DNA from: Candidatus Sigynarchaeum calidifontis
Lineage (GTDB): Archaea > Asgardarchaeota > Lokiarchaeia > Sigyniarchaeales > Sigyniarchaeaceae
DNA length: 11,588 nucleotides
Reading direction: 5' to 3'
Assembly: GCA_030587475.2 (NCBI GenBank)
Contig: JAUQYZ020000248.1
Location: 1 to 11,588, forward strand
The notes beneath the pieces are model-generated. The model was not told the origin of the DNA, did no database searches, and saw only the letters and a program-made list of their open reading frames with translations. Made by a program: the position numbers and the translations under genes. Of the stretch, positions 1-6,939 are shown one piece after another; position 1 is the first letter of the stretch, and every line of letters begins with the position of its first letter.

Positions 1-578
1 TAGCCGAAGCTCATGTGCAGCACGTTGCAAGGATCTCTCCCACGGCGCGCATACTCTGGATCGAGAGCACGCTCGCCGAAGGCTCGCCAATCCGGCGCGA
101 TGACCACGTAACCAAGTTTCACGAGGTGCACCGCGGCGGCTTCGAAGTTCGGGGCACCGGGCGCGGAGCCATTCTTTGGCTGCCACGTTGAATGATCGAG
201 CCCGATCATCTGGTGCTTCCCGCTCCCGTGGCCATGAGCGCACAATATCGCGGGCCGCCGCTCCCCTTGCTTGATATCTCCCGGGACGAGCAATCGAGCC
301 ACGCAAGACGCGAATGGCTCGGTATCGTACACGATCTTTCTCTGGATATAAGGATCTATCCCGGCTTCGACGAAATCATCTATGATCTCTTCATCAACGA
401 CCTCCATGCGGAGCGGCACGGTTCCGGGAAATGGCCCGATGAGTTCCAGCACCTTTTGCTTGAAGCTTGCCTTCCAATCCTCGAAGGATGCGCCCGGCAC
501 ATAGGCCAATCGCCTCGGCGCATGATCGAATCGAGCACGGATCATGTCATACCCGGCAAGCAGTCGTGGCTTTGCCAT
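1..578 (-). CDS. Alpha/beta hydrolase (dienelactone hydrolase / acetyl-xylan-esterase-like), 3'-truncated by the window edge
   Basis: Hand translation from ATG at 578 is open to the edge: MAKPRLLAGYDMIRARF...RKIVYDTEPFASCVARLLVPGDIKQGERRPAILCAHGHGSGK...LVKLGYVVIAPDWRAFGER...DPCNVLHMSFG. PAILCAHGHG and GYVVIAPDWRAFGER are typical N-terminal alpha/beta-hydrolase motifs. Missing from the ORF track because its stop lies outside the window. Confidence 0.88.
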   Translation of the reverse strand, partial: MAKPRLLAGYDMIRARFDHAPRRLAYVPGASFEDWKASFKQKVLELIGPFPGTVPLRMEVVDEEIIDDFVEAGIDPYIQRKIVYDTEPFASCVARLLVPGDIKQGERRPAILCAHGHGSGKHQMIGLDHSTWQPKNGSAPGAPNFEAAAVHLVKLGYVVIAPDWRAFGERALDPEYARRGRDPCNVLHMSFG

Positions 579-866
579 GAGTCTACTTCGACGCGGGAGG
601 GAAAAAAGGAATCTCGCTTCAGAATTGGGCTTTTCAATTCCACCGAATACCCTTGATTAGCGGGATCACCATGTAAAAAGCTTCGTTTAAATGCCATCGT
701 GACTAAAACCAACTATCACAACTTGCGGATCCTAAAGACCCATCCACGTGCAATTCACTTGCATGTTGCCTTTGTTTCGCCACGATCCGCTCGAATTGTG
801 GGTCCAGGCTTAATGGTTTCCACGGTGGCGAAGTTCCGAGTGATCTGCATCCCAAGGTAATCCGGC

Positions 867-2279
867 ATGTCAAAGAACGGTGAGAATCGCCAGGAAAAAG
901 AGCCACTCTCGAAAGCAAAGGACTCGCGCGAGGATGTCGAGCTGCAGATAAAGACTATCGAATCGACGATCGGGAAGGTTTCAGAGAAGCCGGTTGCAAA
1001 ACTCGCAACCGAGCGCGTCGATGACCAGCTTCTTGCAGAACTCAAGACCAAGATCGACCATTACAAGGCAGATCTGCAAGATATCGAGGCAAAGATAACT
1101 GAAAGGAACGGGGAATTGCGAAATGTCGAGGAGAGCTTGCGACAAGTCCGGGACGTGCTGGATCAAAAAGAGAAAGATCAAGAAACCTTGAACGCCGAAC
1201 TGAAGGTTTTGAAACTCAAGAAAGATGACCTGGAGCACAACCTGGCCACCTTCACAGCCCAGTTGGAAGCAACTGCAAAGGATTTGCAAACGAAACAAAT
1301 GGAACTGATGGTAGCTTCCGAGGCGGTCAAGCACAAGGAAATCGATGGCTCGGAGTTACTCAAGGCGAACGAGTCCTTGAAAAGGGAAATACAAGAGAAA
1401 GAGGCCACGATCAAGGAGCTTGACAACTCGATCTCGGCCCGAAATGACCAGATATCTCGGTTAGAAGACGAGATCAACAAGCTATATGCAACCATCAAGC
1501 AAGCAAAGGAACTCGTCGAGTCGACGGCGGCATCCCGGGACCTTCTAAAAAACGAGATAGCCCAGCTGGAGAAAAAGAAACGGGAATCTATGGAAGAGCA
1601 AACCAAGCTCGAAAGCCTTCTTGGTAAAGCCAGGGATGAGATCATCGAGAAAGAAAAGCAGATGAGCATTCTCGATGCATCGATCGCAACCGCGAATGCC
1701 AATCTCCCGGAAAAGCTCGCGATGGTCTCAGAGCTCGAATCACGCATCGAGTTGATGAAATCGAGATTGGAGAACTTGAAAGAGCAAGTGAAAAGCCAGG
1801 AAGACGTCGTAAAAATGAAGGAAGACCGCGCGAAGGAATTAGGCGTGCTGACCGAGAAGAAAAACGCGGAGCTTGAAGCGCAAGCGAAGCTATTAAACGA
1901 CCTGGACAAGAGTTTGACCGAAGAAAACGAGAAATACCAGAACCTCGTCCGCATCAACGAATCGATCGAGTCGGCAATAAAGAAATCCCGTAATGACGTA
2001 GAAGACCTGAAGATCGAGCTCGAGAAACAAGAGAAAGTGTTCCAGGAAAAGGAAATGAAACTCCATCGTCTCGACGTGCTATCTTTCATCTACCGAATGC
2101 TCAAGTTTGTTGGCGGCATCATGATGGGTGCTGGCATCATCCTCATCATCATCGGCTTGAGCTATGCCTTGAATGTCGTTGATCTTGGCTCGTTAAACAA
2201 GGAATTACTCATGTATGTTGCATTCATCAGTGGAATCTTCTTGCTCGTATCGGGGATATTCCAACTAGAACGATCGTGA
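867..2279 (+). CDS. Long coiled-coil protein (470 aa) with two C-terminal transmembrane helices
   Basis: About 350 residues of E/K/L/Q-rich heptad repeats with a single Pro (NANLPEKL), then two hydrophobic segments (FVGGIMMGAGIILIIIGLSYAL; LLMYVAFISGIFLLVSGIF). No Walker A/B motifs. Confidence 0.9.
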   Translation: MSKNGENRQEKEPLSKAKDSREDVELQIKTIESTIGKVSEKPVAKLATERVDDQLLAELKTKIDHYKADLQDIEAKITERNGELRNVEESLRQVRDVLDQKEKDQETLNAELKVLKLKKDDLEHNLATFTAQLEATAKDLQTKQMELMVASEAVKHKEIDGSELLKANESLKREIQEKEATIKELDNSISARNDQISRLEDEINKLYATIKQAKELVESTAASRDLLKNEIAQLEKKKRESMEEQTKLESLLGKARDEIIEKEKQMSILDASIATANANLPEKLAMVSELESRIELMKSRLENLKEQVKSQEDVVKMKEDRAKELGVLTEKKNAELEAQAKLLNDLDKSLTEENEKYQNLVRINESIESAIKKSRNDVEDLKIELEKQEKVFQEKEMKLHRLDVLSFIYRMLKFVGGIMMGAGIILIIIGLSYALNVVDLGSLNKELLMYVAFISGIFLLVSGIFQLERS

Positions 2280-2298
2280 TTTGTCGAGGTCCCCCGCC

Positions 2299-4251
2299 AT
2301 GCATGAGTTGAAAAAGCCGAAATCGCCATTCATTTACACGAGAAAGAATGGCTTGTTCGGTGCGACGATGATCGGGGTTACTTCGCTCATGGGCGCAGGT
2401 ATCTATTCCCTCTTGAATTATTTAGCAGACATTGCTGGCCCAGCAGCATTAATATCGTTTTTCATCGATCTCGGTATAGCCTTGCTTATTGCAAGTTGCT
2501 ATTCTGAATGTGCAAGCTTGATTCCGGCTAGTGGCGGTGGTTTTATCTACGTTGTAGAAGCGTTCGGAAAAAAAGGTGTTTATGTTGGATGGATCGTGTG
2601 GCAATCCAAACTGGCATATGGTTCCTTGTGCGCGATCACCGCAGGCAAATTCGTCGCAAACCTACTCGGGACCTCGGATCCGCTTGTCGCTCTTGCCATC
2701 GCTGTTGCGTTCGTTATTCTTTTCACGCTATTCAACCTCCGTGGATCCAAAACCTTGACGGCAATCCAGACTCCACTCACGTTTGCATTGCTCGTATCAT
2801 TTATCGTCGGTTCAATCTATCTTTTCTTGAATCCCACGGGTCATGCTTTCGATCCTTTTTTGCCAAATGGATTCCCTTCCATCATCATTGGTAGTGCTTT
2901 ATTCATCGACGTGTTCATTGGATTCGAAGACCTTGCATCAGTTGCAGAGGAGATCGAGGAACCCAGGCGAAATATACCGAAAGCTTTGCGAAATTGCTTA
3001 ATTATCTCGGCAATATTCTATTTACTCGTTCTCATCGCTGTTTTCTCGACCATGAACCTTGAAGACATTACCAGCAGTGAGATCCCATTCATTACAAGTA
3101 CCCGAGACAATACACTCGTTTACATGATCGTCTTCTTCGGTGCTATTTTCGCTCTTTTGACCTCTATCGGGGTAGCATTGATGGCTGCATCGCGAAACGT
3201 TCAAGCCCTTGCCCGGCTCGATTTCCTCGACCGTCGATGGGACGAGATCGATCCACGCCTTCAATCGCCGGTAAATGCAATTTGGCTATCGTGCATAATG
3301 ATGATAATCCTGGTTCTCAGCAATCAAATCGATTTTATCGCGTCGATCTCGAACATTTCATTCATCATCTCCGTGATTTTCATCGCCTTTGCCATCTTCA
3401 AGTTCAGGAGGACACGAACTTACGACAAAGAAGTGTACAAGATGAAATATCATCCTTGGGGCCCAATTCTAACGGTTGTTGCTTGTGTTCTACTGATGGT
3501 CTTCATAGATATTGATAGCATTTTACTTTCGATTGGCTGGTTCCTTGCTGGCTTGTTATTGTACATTGTCTTTAGCAGCAAGAAGCGAGCCTATGGTATG
3601 TTCTTTTTGGTGATAACCTTCTTCGTGTTTCTTGTCTCTGTTATCGCTGGGTTTCTTATAATGATCGCAGGGTTCCTGGTCTACTTATTTTCCATCGCGA
3701 ACCAGCGTTCGCTGTACCTGGCACTCTCGGGCATCGGCATATTGTTCAGCATCGTCTTGATGCTAATGGTGGGGGTTTTCTTATATTTCGGCCATTACAT
3801 TTACAATATCCCGAATGTTGCAGCCTTGGGCGAGCTCTTTACTTTCGCGTTACTTGGAAGTTTAGTGCTATCGCTCATCGGCAACTTGATGGACTTGTCC
3901 CCCATAGCGCAGAAAATGACATTCCCGAAGGATCGCATTTCCCGGGAATCAAGAAGCAATCCCGATGCCAGTATAGCGATGCACGGGCGAGCATCTAACA
4001 AGATATTCAAGACCATCAACATGGGGCAAGTCATCTTGTCGATAATATGCTCATTCTATGCAGTACTGCTATTAACAAGCGTGATACAGATTGACGAGAT
4101 CGTGATCAAGGGAATTCCCATCCCTGGCGACGTGTTCACGTTCTTCTATACGCTTATCGTCGTGGCAATTGCCGCGGTTTTACTAATCAAGGGGGTGCTT
4201 GGTATCAAGTACATCAATGTTGGTAAAGCAAGCTTTGCTGCTATTCCCTAA
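2299..4251 (+). CDS. APC-superfamily amino acid permease with extra C-terminal TM helices (about 650 aa)
   Basis: TM1 motif GVTSLMGAGIY, GPAA, CYSECASLIPASGGGFIYV, TM6 FIGFEDLASVAEEIEEPRRNIPKA, ASRNVQALAR. Start placed at ATG 2299, which follows GAGGT at 2286-2290, instead of TTG 2281. Confidence 0.92.
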   Translation: MHELKKPKSPFIYTRKNGLFGATMIGVTSLMGAGIYSLLNYLADIAGPAALISFFIDLGIALLIASCYSECASLIPASGGGFIYVVEAFGKKGVYVGWIVWQSKLAYGSLCAITAGKFVANLLGTSDPLVALAIAVAFVILFTLFNLRGSKTLTAIQTPLTFALLVSFIVGSIYLFLNPTGHAFDPFLPNGFPSIIIGSALFIDVFIGFEDLASVAEEIEEPRRNIPKALRNCLIISAIFYLLVLIAVFSTMNLEDITSSEIPFITSTRDNTLVYMIVFFGAIFALLTSIGVALMAASRNVQALARLDFLDRRWDEIDPRLQSPVNAIWLSCIMMIILVLSNQIDFIASISNISFIISVIFIAFAIFKFRRTRTYDKEVYKMKYHPWGPILTVVACVLLMVFIDIDSILLSIGWFLAGLLLYIVFSSKKRAYGMFFLVITFFVFLVSVIAGFLIMIAGFLVYLFSIANQRSLYLALSGIGILFSIVLMLMVGVFLYFGHYIYNIPNVAALGELFTFALLGSLVLSLIGNLMDLSPIAQKMTFPKDRISRESRSNPDASIAMHGRASNKIFKTINMGQVILSIICSFYAVLLLTSVIQIDEIVIKGIPIPGDVFTFFYTLIVVAIAAVLLIKGVLGIKYINVGKASFAAIP

Positions 4252-4264
4252 ATTGACGAGGCCG

Positions 4265-5020
4265 TTATTCGGGCGGGCTCGTGAAACACACCAATCCCCC
4301 CAACGATGCGATACGCGTACCCGGACCAGTTTTTGACTGGATGACGCGGGTCTTGATCTTGTATCTCTTGGCAAGGCCGAGGATGCGCTGGAGACGCTGG
4401 TCGCTCTTGTTGGCAGCGTAGAAAATATCGGTCATGAGCACGTACTCGGGTTCGGGGCCGATCTCGTCGCGCAAGTTCTCGAATATCTGGAGGATCTCGT
4501 CGATCGTGAAGTGAACGCTCACGATACCCGCTGGATTGTTGATCACGGCATCGAGCAGCTGGACGATTCCCTCGGTCTCTTGGCCGGTCGTGGTCTCGAT
4601 GATCATCTTGAACGCTTGGCCTTTCACCAGTTCCACCGTGGACGGGACATCGTGGGCCGAACCTTCGATGGCCGCGACGTGGATAGTGCGCCCCGATCCA
4701 GGCTTGAGCAGGTAGGCGTGGTGCTTCTGGACATGAGCTATGAAGTCTTTCGCTATTTGGGTTCCCTTCGGGCCGGCGACGACGATGCTCCTCACGCCTG
4801 TCGTGGAAATGGACTTCAATCTCGTCACTATGGCGTCGAAGTAGTTATAGCGGGGATTGCTGGTCCCCGCGCTGCCCTTGTGCTCACACGTGATAGCGCC
4901 CGATGGCACGATCGAATCACTGTTCACTATCCAGAGCCGGGCGTGCCGCTCGTCGATTCCAGCGAGTATCGCGACTGGATAGCCGCGTCGTGACCGACGC
5001 CGGTAACGTGAACTAGGTAT
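4265..5020 (-). CDS. eRF1/Pelota-like protein with only the middle and C-terminal domains (about 251 aa); probable ATA start
   Basis: IVVAGPKGTQIAKDF resembles the Pelota/eRF1 domain-2 IxAGPGF..F motif, and KTRVIQSKTGPGTRIASLGGLVCFT resembles the domain-3 end (..GEQL..LGGIAAILR). The frame is open upstream of GTG 4927 to TGA 5029-5027 and reads (I)PSSRYRRRSRRGYPVAILAGIDERHARLWIV. GGTGAT lies 5 nt upstream of ATA 5020. The gene call is firmer than the start. Confidence 0.75.
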   Translation of the reverse strand: MPSSRYRRRSRRGYPVAILAGIDERHARLWIVNSDSIVPSGAITCEHKGSAGTSNPRYNYFDAIVTRLKSISTTGVRSIVVAGPKGTQIAKDFIAHVQKHHAYLLKPGSGRTIHVAAIEGSAHDVPSTVELVKGQAFKMIIETTTGQETEGIVQLLDAVINNPAGIVSVHFTIDEILQIFENLRDEIGPEPEYVLMTDIFYAANKSDQRLQRILGLAKRYKIKTRVIQSKTGPGTRIASLGGLVCFTSPPE

Positions 5021-5049
5021 AGGTGATCACCACGGTAAATAATTCATCA

Positions 5050-5325
5050 TCAAATGAAAGGAGGTTTCCCCGGCTTCGGTGGTTTCACGGGTTGGGGAGG
5101 CTTCGGTGCGGCCGCGGGTTTCGCTGCGGGTTGCAAGATGATGGCTTGCACGCGCCCGACTCGTCCATCCTGGAGCCGAACTTTGATGCCGCGCGGGTGG
5201 TTTGGCGAGTTCGTGAGGATGTCCTTCACGATGCCGCGGGTGAGCTTGCCCGTGGGTTGATCTTGCTTCTGCACGATATCGACCGTGATGCCGGGATGGA
5301 TCTCGCTGCGCTTTGTTCCGGGCAT
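5050..5325 (-). CDS. ywbE: YwbE / DUF2196 family protein with Pro/Lys/Ala-rich tail
   Basis: RSEIHPGITVDIVQKQDQPTGKLTRGIVKDILTNSPNHPRGIKVRLQDGRVGRVQAI matches the well-conserved YwbE pattern. Ends in TGA TGA TGA. Confidence 0.9.
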   Translation of the reverse strand: MPGTKRSEIHPGITVDIVQKQDQPTGKLTRGIVKDILTNSPNHPRGIKVRLQDGRVGRVQAIILQPAAKPAAAPKPPQPVKPPKPGKPPFI

Positions 5326-5366
5326 ATTATGTAACTAGAGCGATGAATGTTCAAAAATCATGCGTG

Positions 5367-5501
5367 ATTGGTCGTGGGGGGAGCTTCTGGTGTCGAATGG
5401 GGCTTGTTCTATTCATCCATCGTCGCGACACGCGTGCTGTTCAGCGGGTAAACTGCTAGCACGGCGTGTTTTTCCTGGAACGCTTTCGTTAGTACGCCGA
5501 T
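5367..5501 (+). other. Predicted structured intergenic element (candidate leader or sRNA)
   Basis: Hand-folded hairpins at 5428-5469 (16 bp, GTAAA loop) and 5395-5414 (8 bp, CTTG loop), closed by pairings 5379-5390/5475-5487 and 5367-5376/5493-5501. Confidence 0.3.
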
Positions 5502-5504
5502 GCG

Positions 5505-5512
5505 TTTTTATA
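5505..5512 (+). promoter_or_regulatory. Candidate archaeal TATA box (TTTTTATA) for the wHTH-VIT1 gene
   Basis: TTTTTATA about 55 nt upstream of ATG 5568; AGGTG at 5551-5555. Confidence 0.4.
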
Positions 5513-5567
5513 CAGATTGTCGCTTGTTTACTGTGGACCTGGAACCACCAAGGTGTTTTTCAAAAAC

Positions 5568-6413
5568 ATGAGCTTTGAAATGCAAGATCTACCAGATATC
5601 ATCAGGACCATCATCCTCGTGAATTTCAAGAAACAAAATCGCATGTACAAGGCCACGATCAAGAATATCATCTTTAAATTGTGCCCGAACGTGTCTTGCT
5701 TGTCCCAAGATGATATAGATCGTACCTTGAGAGAGATGGTGCAAGAAGGGCTCGTTGTTCTCGATGAAGATCACGTGAATATCACGGGCAAGGGGAAATT
5801 ACTCGCGAAAGAGTGGCACAATTTCTTGATGCGCAGCGAGCCTGTCATGGAAATCGTGTCCGGCATCACGGATGGATCCATCACGAGCATCGTGGTGGTC
5901 GTCTCGTCCACGTTTTTCGGCAAATTACCTTTCCATATCGCGATGTTTACTGCATTTCTCACGCTCGCGGCGGTGGCCATCACGAATTTTTCGAGCTTCT
6001 TTCTCGGTGGCATCACGGAGGAGCTCGCGGATCTTGTCACGATCGAACGCCTCATGAACTACAGCGTGAGCGATTTGCCCGACAAGCGCGAGAGGGGCAA
6101 AGCCCTTGCGCTGCTCGAGGAGCTGTTCCAAGTTTTCAAGAGCGAGATCAGGAAGGAGAGTATATTCTCGGCCATCATCTGCGGGGTAACGACTTTCCTT
6201 GCCGGCAGTCTCCCCATCATGCTCTTCTTGCTACTCGAGCCACCTTGGGACTTGATTAGCGCCTTGAGCGTCGTGGCCGTGTTTATCGGGATGTTCCTCG
6301 TGAAATACCGGTCAACTCGATCCCGGGTCAATTGGAAGGTGACGTTGCTTGAAACGGTGATCATCATCATCGTGGCCGTCGTCGCATCGATCTTGCTCGG
6401 TCAATCGATTTAG
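5568..6413 (+). CDS. Winged-helix domain fused to VIT1/CCC1-family membrane domain (281 aa)
   Basis: N-terminal DIDRTLREMVQEGLVVLDEDHVNITGKGKLLAKEW is a typical wHTH recognition helix plus wing. EIVSGITDGSITSIVVVV matches VIT1/CCC1 TM1 (G..DG), and SAIICGVTTFLAGSLPIMLF matches TM3. Start placed at ATG 5568. Confidence 0.85.
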   Translation: MSFEMQDLPDIIRTIILVNFKKQNRMYKATIKNIIFKLCPNVSCLSQDDIDRTLREMVQEGLVVLDEDHVNITGKGKLLAKEWHNFLMRSEPVMEIVSGITDGSITSIVVVVSSTFFGKLPFHIAMFTAFLTLAAVAITNFSSFFLGGITEELADLVTIERLMNYSVSDLPDKRERGKALALLEELFQVFKSEIRKESIFSAIICGVTTFLAGSLPIMLFLLLEPPWDLISALSVVAVFIGMFLVKYRSTRSRVNWKVTLLETVIIIIVAVVASILLGQSI

Positions 6414-6456
6414 CGGGGCATACAAATCCAGGCACGTCGCTCGAAAAGGCCAACCT

Positions 6457-6487
6457 GGCGGGGAAACGCCCTTGTTACTTGTTTTTT
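6457..6487 (+). terminator. Possible terminator after the wHTH-VIT1 gene
   Basis: Short hairpin GGCG-gggaaa-CGCC (6457-6470) followed by a T-rich run ending TTTTTT at 6482-6487. The T run could instead be the TATA element of the SET gene. Confidence 0.25.
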
Positions 6488-6516
6488 AGGGGATCTTGCA
6501 TTCCAGGCTATTGATT

Positions 6517-6909
6517 ATGACAAGTTTATTCGACGTAGTACCGATATCGCCAGCGAAGGGGCGAGGGGTCGTCGCTCGCGAGCCGATCAAGAGCGGTACC
6601 GTGATAGACATCGCCCACGTGCTCTTGATCTCGCCCGAAGACTGGGAGATGATCAAATCCACTTGCTTGTACGACTTTGCATTTGAATGGAGCGGCGAGG
6701 GGAATCGCATCACCCATGCACTCGCCATGGGACCAGGCGAGTTCATGAACCATTCCTACGAACCGAATGCAAAATACGTGATGGATTATGAAAACAAGTT
6801 GATCACGTTCACGACCATCAAGGACATCGCCGCGGGGGAGGAAATCACGGTGAACTACAACGGCGAGGTTGATAACAAGGACAAGCTTTGGTTCAACCCG
6901 GTTGCTTGA
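6517..6909 (+). CDS. SET-domain protein-lysine N-methyltransferase (130 aa)
   Basis: Motif I KGRGVVAREPIKSG, motif III FMNHSYEPNA, motif IV DIAAGEEITVNY. Start placed at ATG 6517. Confidence 0.93.
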   Translation: MTSLFDVVPISPAKGRGVVAREPIKSGTVIDIAHVLLISPEDWEMIKSTCLYDFAFEWSGEGNRITHALAMGPGEFMNHSYEPNAKYVMDYENKLITFTTIKDIAAGEEITVNYNGEVDNKDKLWFNPVA

Positions 6910-6939
6910 CTGGCGAGCGGGTCGATTCCTTGACCACGA

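Noticed and set aside
192-656. 154-aa plus-strand ORF
   Set aside because: Antisense shadow of the alpha/beta hydrolase, which has clear family motifs.
1178-2089. 303-aa minus-strand Ser/Phe-rich ORF, and similar short overlapping ORFs throughout the window
   Set aside because: Mirror frames of real genes with no recognisable motifs.
867-2279. SMC / chromosome segregation ATPase annotation
   Set aside because: No Walker A/B, signature motif or hinge; carries TM helices instead.
5027-5029. Selenocysteine at the in-frame TGA
   Set aside because: No redox-motif context and no SECIS recognised; the TGA is explained as part of the GGTGAT SD.
5376-5490. yybP-ykoY (Mn) or NiCo riboswitch, or SRP RNA
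   Set aside because: GGGGAG is present, but the following UAGC, the CAAUA-type loop and the 3' GAGACC are missing. No NiCo junction or SRP helix-8 motif was seen.
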